DNA from: a virus
Lineage: Duplodnaviria > Heunggongvirae > Uroviricota > Caudoviricetes
Length of the DNA stretch: 64,000 bases
Reading direction: 5' to 3' (one strand)
IMG/VR virus record: IMGVR_UViG_2868597578_000002
The position numbers and the translations under genes were made by a program. Shown here in pieces: positions 1 through 7,689 of this stretch (position 1 is its first letter; every line of letters begins with the position of its first letter). The notes under the pieces were generated by a model. It worked only from the letters and a program-made list of their open reading frames with translations. It ran no database searches and had not been told where the DNA came from.

Positions 1-9
1 ATAGCAAGT

Positions 10-1194
10 ATGTATCTGCTTATTTACAATAGCATGTATTCACTTGATGGAATACAGAAGATTTTAACAACATACAGCGATGCGATTTCAGATACGTTAG
101 CAGACGGAGGCCCAATGCATTCCGTATATGTGCAGCTGAGGGTAATCGCGCTTGGGATGCTGGCGGTCTATTTCGTCATTTCTTTTGGAACACGTATGGC
201 AGGAATGGAGACCTCTCCAAAGGTTATTTTTAAAACACTCATTCAATATTTTGTAGGTTTTGTGCTCGCTATGTATTCGTTTGAAATAGTCAGGCTTTTG
301 TTTTGGCTTGGTGATTCTATGACTTCGCTGCTGATAAAGAATACAGCGACTGTTGCGTCACTATCAAGCTATACAACAGCATTTGAGGAAAGTATTGACG
401 ATATAGGGCTTATTAAAGAAATACAGTATATGTTTAATGGTTTAATTCCATATGTTGCCTGTTTGGCTACTGATGTCGCAATTATATATGTGGTTGTAAC
501 CCGTGTGCTTAGGATATGCGTATGCGCTGCAGCGTCTCCAATCGCTATTGCAAACTGCTTTGAAGGCTCTCGCAGGTCTGACGCTGCAAGGTTTTTGAAG
601 AAGACATTTGCAATGTCTCTTCAATGCTCCGTTATCATGCTGATAGTATTGGCTGTAACTAATATCGCAGGGTATATGACATCAGGAGATGTTTATAGTG
701 ATGCCGGGCAGACCAGTCAGACCATAGAAGATGCGAAGAAGGATATGATTAATTCCCAAAAAAGGAACAAATCAAAGCTTAAAAAGGATGTAGCTGCAGC
801 GGTTGATAAGCTTGGATATAGCGCATTTGACAATGTGCAGTCGGCGAATGGCTTGACACTAAAGTCAGATATTGCTACAGCCAAAAGAAAATTGTCAAAT
901 CCACATAGAGTGACAAAAGATATGGAAGAAGAGTACAAAAATTATGAAAAGACCTTAGGAATACAAGTGTTCGCAAGGACAAGTAATAAAGCGAACGCCT
1001 CTTATAAATACAGCAAAAAAGGATATGCAAAAATCGCAAATGAATATAAAACATTTGAAAAAGATAAAACCATAGCCTTTATGGACACGCTAATAGGAGG
1101 GCCTAAGCTTATTTATTTCTTATTGCTTTGTATGATAAAGATAGGCCTGATAAAGCAGTCAATGTCGTTATGTAATACGATAGTCGGTGTATAA
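10..1194 (+). CDS. Multi-pass membrane protein, VirB6/TrbL-like conjugation component (tentative)
   Basis: 394 aa; several hydrophobic helices plus a ~130-aa Lys-rich soluble insert before the last helix; pattern RVLRICVCAAASPIAIA resembles Firmicutes TrbL-like proteins. Family call from memory of motifs, not a search. Confidence 0.45.
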   Translation: MYLLIYNSMYSLDGIQKILTTYSDAISDTLADGGPMHSVYVQLRVIALGMLAVYFVISFGTRMAGMETSPKVIFKTLIQYFVGFVLAMYSFEIVRLLFWLGDSMTSLLIKNTATVASLSSYTTAFEESIDDIGLIKEIQYMFNGLIPYVACLATDVAIIYVVVTRVLRICVCAAASPIAIANCFEGSRRSDAARFLKKTFAMSLQCSVIMLIVLAVTNIAGYMTSGDVYSDAGQTSQTIEDAKKDMINSQKRNKSKLKKDVAAAVDKLGYSAFDNVQSANGLTLKSDIATAKRKLSNPHRVTKDMEEEYKNYEKTLGIQVFARTSNKANASYKYSKKGYAKIANEYKTFEKDKTIAFMDTLIGGPKLIYFLLLCMIKIGLIKQSMSLCNTIVGV

Positions 1195-1211
1195 TGTAGG
1201 GGGGTGATAAT

Positions 1212-2291
1212 GTGAATAGTTTGTTGGCCACATTTTTAGTACAAGTATACAGATTTCTTTATAAACCAAGTGACATCGCGAAGATATTTAACGATTATAA
1301 TTCGTATGTCAACGTTTTATATCAACAAGACTGGTTTTCAACAATGTGTTCCGCGATGTCTATCCTTGGCGTTGGACTATTAACAGTCGGATTCTTAGTC
1401 TCCCTTGGAGACAAGGCATCAGCCGGAGATTTTACACTGCATAATTTCTTTGTCCACTTTTTGAAGTTTTTTATGCTTTACGTTATATTAATGAACATTT
1501 CGACTATCTTCCAATTGATGTTAGATTTTACATCGGCAGTATTTAATGATATGAATAAAGAACTTACTGGTTCCATCATTGCTAACGAAATAAAAGGTGT
1601 GGATAAGGATAAGCTGCAAAATGGCTTGGCGGCGTTTGGATTGACGTCAAGGGTTGGGATGTTGATGTCAATAGTGGTACCATATTTCGTCTCTGTCGTT
1701 TTTTACAGTATTCTTTATTTCTTTGCGACATCGAGAATTATGGAATTGGTCATTCGTATTTCAGCGGCACCATTGGTTGCAGGCGTCTCATTTTTCGGGA
1801 AAGGAGCAAATACAGATATTGTCAGATACATAAAGCGTTCAATGGGAATCATGTTTCAGATAGTCGTGATTCTGGTGATTAGTGCAAGCGTAACTTTTAT
1901 CCATAACTCAATTATCGTTGACGGAAGGATTTCAAATAGCACGAGTGGAAAAGTTGAAAACCCAGCAACTTACCTAGAACATACGACTACGGGAAAACGA
2001 GAGATTGAGATAAGAAGCCTTAACGTCGATATGGAGACAGATGAAAATGGAAAAGTGACAAAAATTAATAAAGTGACAGAGACCGGAAGAAAGGACGAAG
2101 AGGTCAAGTCCCAGGAGGAACAAACCGGAACACTTGTAAATATGAAAGAAGCATATCCAAAAAGTGATATCGAAAAATTTGTAAATTCACTGACTACACC
2201 TTCGAATCTGTTTACGGGAGTAGGAATTATGCTTGCTGCTCTGTTTATGCTGTTTAAAAGCAGAGAAATCAGCATGAGGATGTTTAATTAA
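1212..2291 (+). CDS. Multi-pass membrane protein, VirB6/TrbL-like, paralog-like to upstream gene
   Basis: 359 aa, GTG start with GGGGGTG RBS; same layout (RIMELVIRISAAPLVAG, soluble insert, terminal helix). Confidence 0.45.
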   Translation: MNSLLATFLVQVYRFLYKPSDIAKIFNDYNSYVNVLYQQDWFSTMCSAMSILGVGLLTVGFLVSLGDKASAGDFTLHNFFVHFLKFFMLYVILMNISTIFQLMLDFTSAVFNDMNKELTGSIIANEIKGVDKDKLQNGLAAFGLTSRVGMLMSIVVPYFVSVVFYSILYFFATSRIMELVIRISAAPLVAGVSFFGKGANTDIVRYIKRSMGIMFQIVVILVISASVTFIHNSIIVDGRISNSTSGKVENPATYLEHTTTGKREIEIRSLNVDMETDENGKVTKINKVTETGRKDEEVKSQEEQTGTLVNMKEAYPKSDIEKFVNSLTTPSNLFTGVGIMLAALFMLFKSREISMRMFN

Positions 2292-2295
2292 TTTG

Positions 2296-2326
2296 AAAAA
2301 ACGCGTAGCCTTTACGCGTTTTTTTT
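2296..2326. terminator. Bidirectional intrinsic terminator
   Basis: AAAAAACGCGT-agccttt-ACGCGTTTTTTTT right after the stop at 2291. Confidence 0.8.
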
Positions 2327-2334
2327 GCATATTA
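2327..2334 (+). promoter_or_regulatory. GCATATTA promoter-like motif (first of >30 copies)
   Basis: Same 8-mer (GCATATTA/G, GCATACTA) recurs shortly upstream of RBS-ATG or RNA genes at 3914, 5796, 7813, 12516, 13666, 18368, 18672, 21985, 27377, 28765, 30039, 33429, 38057, 40470, 41516, 41891, 44047, 46273, 52691, 53541, 53916, 54653, 56733, 59340 and on the minus strand at 10368, 11204, 25931, 50401, 51551, 63004. Confidence 0.7.
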
Positions 2335-2395
2335 ATATGGAGCGGGAAATCCCCGACTATCGATAACTGAACTCGTTAAAAAAAAAGGAGGAAAA

Positions 2396-3205
2396 ATGAT
2401 TACAGACAAAAACGGAAAAGAAGTTAAACTTAATGATATACTTGATTTTTTAGTCGGAACAGATGATGATGACATGGCAAAATCGGTAATAGATTTTGGC
2501 TTATATCCAATCAATGAAGATAAGACTATTGGCGCCCCATATAAGTATCTGGTGGCAGTTGAGGCTATCGTTACATATGTATCATTCATGGGGCCATTTA
2601 CGATGATGGAGCTGGATTTCAGGAATGCAGACGTATTATTAATTAATCAGGTAATGAAGATTGTAGAACAATTCCACTCTGACATTAATGGCGAAAATTT
2701 GCTGATGCTTTCCAGTATCACATCGTTAGACAGAAACGCGTCTCATATTTTGTCGCTTATGAACCCTTTAGTATGCGTGAGAGGATACTCTGAAAGTGGT
2801 AAAGGCTCTACATTGCTTCAGATGATTTATGCTACAGAGAATGTCGGATTCAGTCCGTTTGAGGTTGACTTTGCAAAAGTTGAAGCCGACATCGAAAGAG
2901 AGATGAATGAGCTTGTCGCTGCACAGGTTACCGCAGAATCAATGGAAGCAGCGGATGAGGAAATTGATGATTCTAATAATGAAATGATGAAAGAGATGTT
3001 CACTCCGGACTTTGGATTAAGAACAGAAGATGAGAAGAAACAGGATGCCATGGATGGCGTCAGGGCTTCTTATGGAAGCGAAAGGGAATCCGCAAAGATT
3101 GAAGCGAGAAAGAATGCCAGAATCGGAAATGCGGAAAAGTCTAAACTGAAAGATGTAAAAACCACAGATAAGGATAAAGATGATATTCCGGAAAACAGAG
3201 TATAA
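2396..3205 (+). CDS. Hypothetical protein, acidic C-terminal half
   Basis: 269 aa ORF with AAGGAGG RBS. Confidence 0.75.
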   Translation: MITDKNGKEVKLNDILDFLVGTDDDDMAKSVIDFGLYPINEDKTIGAPYKYLVAVEAIVTYVSFMGPFTMMELDFRNADVLLINQVMKIVEQFHSDINGENLLMLSSITSLDRNASHILSLMNPLVCVRGYSESGKGSTLLQMIYATENVGFSPFEVDFAKVEADIEREMNELVAAQVTAESMEAADEEIDDSNNEMMKEMFTPDFGLRTEDEKKQDAMDGVRASYGSERESAKIEARKNARIGNAEKSKLKDVKTTDKDKDDIPENRV

Positions 3206-3214
3206 GGGGAAAAT

Positions 3215-3697
3215 ATGAAAAAAAAGAAAAGTATGATTCAAATTACAAAAGTTTTAACAACTGGGGCCTTGGCGCTTGCCTTGGCACCAGGGCTTATGCC
3301 GGTTCATATGGTCACAGCGGAAACTGTCACAGAAACGGTTAAAGAAGTAAATTCTACAGATAAAGAAAATGAAAAAAGGACCAAAAAAGCGGATGCTTCT
3401 GCTGACTCAGGCGAAAATGCAGGCGAAGAATCCAAAGACAGTACTACGGCTGAAGATATTACTTCAGGTTCAGTTGATGAAAGTGAAGACATCCAGCCTA
3501 GTTCTGACGCCTCCGCTGATTCCGCTGATGACATGTCCTCTGTGAAGGAAGACTCGGCTGTACCAACTGAGGAAGAGGAAAAAACGAAAGAAAAAAAATG
3601 GTATCACGTGTCAATTATTGATGTTGCAGCACAGCTTACATTTGCGTTCGTTGTCGCGCTAATTGGTTATGGCATTTTTGTCAGGTCAAAAAAATAA
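3215..3697 (+). CDS. Putative secreted/membrane-anchored protein with low-complexity acidic linker
   Basis: N-terminal basic+hydrophobic signal-like segment, D/E/S-rich middle, C-terminal TM helix followed by RSKK. Confidence 0.7.
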   Translation: MKKKKSMIQITKVLTTGALALALAPGLMPVHMVTAETVTETVKEVNSTDKENEKRTKKADASADSGENAGEESKDSTTAEDITSGSVDESEDIQPSSDASADSADDMSSVKEDSAVPTEEEEKTKEKKWYHVSIIDVAAQLTFAFVVALIGYGIFVRSKK

Positions 3698-3711
3698 ATT
3701 TAAAAAAATGC

Positions 3712-3740
3712 TTGACACATTGTTATAACTGTGCTATAAT
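3712..3740 (+). promoter_or_regulatory. Perfect sigma-A/sigma-70 consensus promoter
   Basis: TTGACA (3712-3717), 17-bp spacer, TATAAT (3735-3740). Confidence 0.85.
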
Positions 3741-3760
3741 ACATAACATAGATAAGAGAA

Positions 3761-3874
3761 GTGCCTGTCTCTTATTTGATGAAGTAACAGCGAAAACCAA
3801 GCTGTGCACGCGTGCTATCAGACGATATGTTGAATATCGCAAGCATGCGCTTTCGTCAAATAAGCGATGGGCAC
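3761..3874 (+). ncRNA. Candidate rod-shaped small RNA
   Basis: GTGCCTGTCTCTTATTTGATGAAG pairs with CTTTCGTCAAATAAGCGATGGGCAC (~23 bp), enclosing ACAGC/GCTGT, CGCGTGCT/AGCATGCG and CGATAT/ATATCG stems; lies directly downstream of the sigma-A promoter. Confidence 0.5.
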
Positions 3875-3963
3875 TTTGCTTTAAAAAAAATGTTATATTT
3901 TTTGAAAAATTCTGCATATTGAATATAACAAAAAATCTAAAAAATAAGGAGAGAATAACCGCT

Positions 3964-4128
3964 ATGTTAAAACAGAGACTTTATAATGCGAAATCAAATA
4001 ATGAATCTAAGCAGTATGCCACAACAGGCATGCCTTGGTCAGTATGCGATTTTACATGGTCAGTCTATAGTTTTAATGATTGTGGAGAACAAAAATACGC
4101 GTGGAGTAAGCGACGGTTGAAGTGTTGA
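3964..4128 (+). CDS. Small hypothetical protein (54 aa)
   Basis: GCATATTG motif at 3914, AAGGAG RBS, ATG at 3964 (the longer ORF-track start at 3712 is unlikely). Confidence 0.45.
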   Translation: MLKQRLYNAKSNNESKQYATTGMPWSVCDFTWSVYSFNDCGEQKYAWSKRRLKC

Positions 4129-4370
4129 AATTTTGATTATACGCAGGGATTGCGTTATATATGATGGATTTTACAATACTTAGACCGTTTGCTGGAAACA
4201 TATCCAGGCAGGCGGTTTTTCTTTTATTCCGGAACAGGCACCCGGGGTGATGTTTAAGCCGCAGCCTGGTAAGAATTTTTCTTACTGATGCTGACGGAAC
4301 AGGCACTCGGATGCTGAAAAAAGAAAAAAATGAGAAAAATATGAAAACGCGATTTTACACCGTCTAATTT

Positions 4371-4443
4371 GGACGGTTAGCTCAGACGGAAGAGCGGCAG
4401 GTTGAAGCCCTGCGCGTCAGAGGTTCGATTCCTCTACCGTCCA
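4371..4443 (+). tRNA. trnF: tRNA-Phe(GAA)
   Basis: GGACGGT/ACCGTCC acceptor; GCAGG-TT GAA GC-CCTGC; GGTTCGATTCC T-arm. Confidence 0.92.
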
Positions 4444-4575
4444 CTTGGTCTTGTCTGGTTCTTGGCTGAACGCAGAGACCAAAAAATAATCCGCAAAAAA
4501 TTTCGCATTTTTGAAAACTCTGGCATACTGTAAGTGTAAAGAAAAAAATACACGAGAAGAGAAAAGGAGAAAAAA

Positions 4576-4782
4576 ATGAAAGAAACTACATGTTGGAAAT
4601 GCGATATTTGCGGGACAGAATACAAAGACAAAAAGAAATGCGAGCAGTGTGAGGCTGGACACAAGAAAAAAGGAAAGATTGTTAAGATGAGACATCTTCC
4701 GTATACATCTTACCCGTCCGGATATCCGGATAAGATTACCGTTAAGTTTGAAAACGGGGTTGAAAAGGTGTATAGCATGTAA
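4576..4782 (+). CDS. Small Zn-finger-like protein
   Basis: 68 aa, CDIC...CEQCEAGH, AAGGAG RBS, followed by GCCGGCAG/CTGCCGGC hairpin. Confidence 0.65.
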   Translation: MKETTCWKCDICGTEYKDKKKCEQCEAGHKKKGKIVKMRHLPYTSYPSGYPDKITVKFENGVEKVYSM

Positions 4783-4818
4783 GTTAAATATGCCGGCAGG
4801 AAGGCTGCCGGCGAATAT

Positions 4819-4891
4819 GGGGCATTAGTCGCAATGGGGCGACGTCTGTTTTGCAAGCAGGAGGCGGCGGGTTCGATTCCCGTATGCTCCA
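4819..4891 (+). tRNA. trnA: tRNA-Ala(TGC)
   Basis: GGGGCAT/ATGCTCC with G3:U70; TCTGT-TT TGC AA-GCAGG; divergent D-arm. Confidence 0.88.
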
Positions 4892-4955
4892 TTTGGCATA
4901 TAGCCTTGGCTGTATGCGATTGACGGGTGAAGGTTTTTTGCTCGTAAAGAAATAT

Positions 4956-5028
4956 TGACGTGTAGCTCAGCAGGTAGAGCGCTTGGCCGTTAACCAAGAT
5001 GTCGCGGGTTCAAGTCCCGCCGCGCCAG
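4956..5028 (+). tRNA. trnN: tRNA-Asn(GTT)
   Basis: CTTGG-CC GTT AA-CCAAG; unusual C33 and an A-C mismatch in the acceptor. Confidence 0.85.
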
Positions 5029-5099
5029 CTGATGTCTTCAAGGTGAATACCGGAGACGTCTAAAAAGAACACATGAAATAAAAATTTAAAGCGTTATGT

Positions 5100-5221
5100 A
5101 GATATGTAGCACGGTCGGCTGTTATTGGAAGCCGCAAAGCGGCTGTAATCTGGTAACGACTCCGGCGAAGCCGGGGAGTTATCAGCCGAAGGGTTTGCGG
5201 GTTCAAGTCCCGCCGCATCAG
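5100..5221 (+). pseudogene. Second tRNA-Asn copy with D-arm deletion and 60-bp insertion in the anticodon loop
   Basis: Same T-arm/3' end as upstream Asn (GCGGGTTCAAGTCCCGCCGC..CAGCTGATG); removing 5124-5183 gives TCGG-CT GTT AG-CCGA. Confidence 0.7.
5124..5183 (+). mobile_element. Hairpin micro-element (60 bp) in tRNA-Asn copy
   Basis: ATT-GCCGC/GCGGC-AAT followed by CTGGTAAC-hairpin-GTTATC|A, the same end as the elements at 58670-58719 and 29941-29968. Confidence 0.65.
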
Positions 5222-5345
5222 CTGATGTTCCCGATATAAATGTCGGGAACATACAAAAAAAAGAAAGATAAACAGGAGGATTGAAAATAATGAGAAAAAC
5301 CAAACGAAAACAGAAGGCGAAATGCCGAAAACAGAATATCAATTT

Positions 5346-5417
5346 GCGTCTGTAGCCAAGCGGTATGGCAGCGGGCTTTTAACCCGTATATCGCGTGTTC
5401 GAATCACGTCAGGCGCA
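5346..5417 (+). tRNA. trnK: tRNA-Lys(TTT)
   Basis: GCGTCTG/CAGGCGC; GCGGG-CT TTT AA-CCCGT. Confidence 0.9.
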
Positions 5418-5440
5418 TTGCAGGATAAATCCTGGAAATC

Positions 5441-5514
5441 GCCTGTATAGCTTAGTCTGGTAGAGCAGGAAACTCTTAATTTCAAGGTCCAGAGTTCAAA
5501 TCTCTGTGCAGGCA
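5441..5514 (+). tRNA. trnK: tRNA-Lys(CTT)
   Basis: GCCTGTA/TGCAGGC; GGAAA-CT CTT AA-TTTCA. Confidence 0.88.
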
Positions 5515-5546
5515 GTGTACATGAGGACAAAAGCGAGGTGAAGCAT

Positions 5547-5732
5547 ATGATGACAAAAAACAGAGAAAAAGTGTATAACCGGTCTTGGTATAGAAGAGAA
5601 TGCAAAGTGAATATGCGGTCAAGACGGAAGGAATACAACAGAAAAGTCAGACATGCAAAAGTAACCGAAGATTCTTGTTCGAGAGGGTACAACAAAAATT
5701 TGATGAGGCTGGTCTGGGAGACGATTAGCTGA
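5547..5732 (+). CDS. Small highly basic hypothetical protein
   Basis: R/K-rich ~61 aa; GAGGTG RBS favours ATG at 5547 over GTG at 5538. Confidence 0.55.
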   Translation: MMTKNREKVYNRSWYRRECKVNMRSRRKEYNRKVRHAKVTEDSCSRGYNKNLMRLVWETIS

Positions 5733-5883
5733 AAAAGGATTGGAAAAATATTTTAAAAATATTTTGGATTTTTCGTCCGATTGAGAAAAAATCTAGCATA
5801 TTAAATATGTGAAAGAAAAAAGGAGATGAAGTAATAATGGAAGTTGATTATCACTATTGCAATACTAAATGGAAACATATTTA

Positions 5884-5968
5884 GGGTAGGTATGCAAAAT
5901 GGCTGAAGCAAGCGGTCTGTAAAACCGTCACACTAGAAACATTGTGAGTTCGAATCTCACCCTGCCCA
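5884..5968 (+). tRNA. trnY: tRNA-Tyr(GTA)
   Basis: GGGTAGG/CCTGCCC; GCGGT-CT GTA AA-ACCGT; long variable arm. Confidence 0.92.
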
Positions 5969-6049
5969 TTCGGCTTACGCTTTGTTGCAAAAAGAATGCG
6001 GGTACATATTTGCGGATATATACTTGAAGCGCAAGCTGGCATATGTAAT

Positions 6050-6123
6050 GGCCTCATAGGATAACTGGTTATTCCGCAGCCCTGTCACGGCTGAGATTCC
6101 GGGTTCAAGCCCCGGTGGGGTCG
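6050..6123 (+). tRNA. trnD: tRNA-Asp(GTC)
   Basis: GGCCTCA/TGGGGTC; CAGCC-CT GTC AC-GGCTG. Confidence 0.92.
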
Positions 6124-6216
6124 CTTGACCGATAAGGTCACAGCGTATGATGACAACATTCGCTTTTCTTGCAGGTTCGTCACCTGCAATATTGCGGCAG
6201 CGTGTCTGCTGCATAT

Positions 6217-6290
6217 ACCGGATTAGCTCAGTTTGGTAGAGCGCCTGGTTTGGGACCAGGAGGCCGTGAGTTCGATTCTCGTATCCGGTA
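6217..6290 (+). tRNA. trnP: tRNA-Pro(TGG)
   Basis: ACCGGAT/ATCCGGT; CCTGG-TT TGG GA-CCAGG. Confidence 0.9.
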
Positions 6291-6291
6291 C

Positions 6292-6365
6292 TGCGGGATA
6301 GAGCAGTTGGATAGCTCACGGGGTTCATACCCCCGGTGTCGTCGGTTCAAGTCCGTCTCCCGCAA
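6292..6365 (+). tRNA. trnfM: Initiator-type tRNA-Met(CAT)
   Basis: CGGGG-TT CAT AC-CCCCG with consecutive G-C pairs; TGCGGGA/TCCCGCA acceptor (U1-A72 pair rather than C1:A72 mismatch). Confidence 0.85.
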
Positions 6366-6371
6366 TTCTTT

Positions 6372-6444
6372 GTCAGATTAACTCAGCTGGGAGAGTGCCG
6401 TTCTTACAAATCGGAAGTCGCAGGTTCAAGTCCTGCATCTGACA
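6372..6444 (+). tRNA. trnV: tRNA-Val(TAC)
   Basis: GTCAGAT/ATCTGAC; CCGTT-CT TAC AA-ATCGG. Confidence 0.88.
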
Positions 6445-6448
6445 TTTT

Positions 6449-6524
6449 GGCGGCTTGGTCTAAAGGTTATGACACTGCCCTTTCACGGCAGTAATGCATC
6501 AGGGTTCAAGTCCCGCAGCCGTCA
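6449..6524 (+). tRNA. trnE: tRNA-Glu(TTC) with 4-nt insertion in T-stem
   Basis: CTGCC-CT TTC AC-GGCAG; T-stem 5' strand reads GC-ATCA-GGG against CCCGC. Confidence 0.8.
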
Positions 6525-6528
6525 CTTC

Positions 6529-6601
6529 GCTGGCATAGCACAATTGGCAGTGCGCATCACTTGTAATGATGAGGTTATCGGTTCGATTCCGATTGTCAGC
6601 T
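6529..6601 (+). tRNA. trnT: tRNA-Thr(TGT)
   Basis: GCTGGCA/TGTCAGC; CATCA-CT TGT AA-TGATG. Confidence 0.92.
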
Positions 6602-6654
6602 CTTGCTGAAAAGCAAAAAGAATACATAAAACCTTCGTCAAAAATATCCATCAT

Positions 6655-6900
6655 GAATTCTGTGGGATTCTACGGTAGTCCGAGCGGGGAGAAATTGGTT
6701 CAGCGTAAGGATATACGAGACCAGTACAGTTACCGGTGAGGCAGCAGGTTTATGCGAAGGTCACCTGCAAAAATGCAAGTATGTGACGCATCTAACGTTG
6801 TTGGATGTGGGCGCGGAAAGCGGCAGCATGTAAGACTATATCGGTATGCGAATTTTTAAGCATAAGCCGTCTACGTGGCGGCTGCCGGTATAGCGGCGCT
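6655..6900 (+). ncRNA. Candidate multi-branch structured RNA inside the tRNA array
   Basis: Stems TGGT.C/GAGACCA, CGTA/TACG, GCAGGT/ACCTGC, CATCTAAC/GTTGGATG, CGGCAGC/GCTGCCG enclosing TATGC/GCATA and GCCGTC/GGCGGC; no ORF or tRNA here. Confidence 0.5.
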
Positions 6901-6909
6901 AATATATAT

Positions 6910-6981
6910 GCATCCTTGGTCTAACGGATATGACCCCGGTCTTCCAAACCGGTGGCGCCGGTTCAACTCCGGCAGGATGCT
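6910..6981 (+). tRNA. trnG: tRNA-Gly(TCC)
   Basis: GCATCCT/AGGATGC; CCGGT-CT TCC AA-ACCGG. Confidence 0.92.
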
Positions 6982-7035
6982 TAAAAATTGGAAAATTATG
7001 GGTATAGGGGTGGGCAATTATTTTAAAATTCTTGA

Positions 7036-7263
7036 ATGTTGAAAGAAAGGAGAAAAATAGCGATAAAAAAATCTAACAAAAAATATGCAAAAGTTTGCGG
7101 CTGCGATGAGTATGGCAGAGAAGCCTGGCTGATGGTCAGCCAGCATAAAGATTCAGACAACATTGAAATTCTATCGTCAGAAGAAGGTAGCCCTGTGGTA
7201 TATACTAAATCACAGATAAGTGAACTGATTAAAGAATTGAAAAAAATAGTTAAAAATATGTAG
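7036..7263 (+). CDS. Small hypothetical protein; stop overlaps tRNA-Trp start
   Basis: 75-aa ORF, protein-like composition; start codon uncertain. Confidence 0.55.
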   Translation: MLKERRKIAIKKSNKKYAKVCGCDEYGREAWLMVSQHKDSDNIEILSSEEGSPVVYTKSQISELIKELKKIVKNM

Positions 7264-7333
7264 GCGCGTGGTGTTAATGGTAGCATGTCGGTCTCCAAAA
7301 CCGAAGATGGGTGTTCAACTCACTCCGTGTCTG
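7262..7333 (+). tRNA. trnW: tRNA-Trp(CCA)
   Basis: AGGCGCG/CGTGTCT; TCGGT-CT CCA AA-ACCGA. Confidence 0.9.
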
Positions 7334-7424
7334 TTTGGCAATGTACGCGAGAGCATGGGATAGCGTTTAAACCTGCAAATCTGTGATTTCACAGGGCGAA
7401 AAAGGGCATTGCCGGAAAATATAT

Positions 7425-7497
7425 TGGGCTGTCGCCAAGCGGTAAGGCACAGCACTTTGACTGCTGCATCACGTCAGTTCGAATCTGACCAGCCCAG
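7425..7497 (+). tRNA. trnQ: tRNA-Gln(TTG)
   Basis: TGGGCTG/CAGCCCA; CAGCA-CT TTG AC-TGCTG. Confidence 0.92.
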
Positions 7498-7520
7498 TTT
7501 CTTTAATGTTTTTTATATTT

Positions 7521-7604
7521 GCCGTCTTGGTGCAGAATGGTATTGCAGCGGTCTTGAAAACCGTGGTCCGGAAGGGCATGGGGGTTCGAATCCCTCAGAC
7601 GGCG
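7521..7604 (+). tRNA. trnS: tRNA-Ser(TGA)
   Basis: GCCGTCT/AGACGGC; GCGGT-CT TGA AA-ACCGT; long variable arm. Confidence 0.92.
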
Positions 7605-7609
7605 TTTAA

Positions 7610-7685
7610 ATTCGCATAGCTTAAATGGATAGAGCACACGGCTACGAACCGTGGTTTTGTGGGAGTTCGAGTCTCTCTGCGAATG
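7610..7685 (+). tRNA. trnR: tRNA-Arg(ACG)
   Basis: ATTCGCA/TGCGAAT; CACGG-CT ACG AA-CCGTG. Confidence 0.9.
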
Positions 7686-7689
7686 TTTT

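Noticed and set aside
5100-5221. tmRNA or selenocysteine tRNA
   Set aside because: No Ala acceptor identity, tag ORF or UCA anticodon; better explained as a tRNA-Asn copy plus insertion.
6655-6900. RNase P, SRP, T-box or ROOL/GOLLD assignment
   Set aside because: Diagnostic motifs (GAGGAAAGUCC, helix-8 GGAAGCAG, T-box UGGNACC) not found and the segment is too short for ROOL/GOLLD; kept only as an unnamed candidate.
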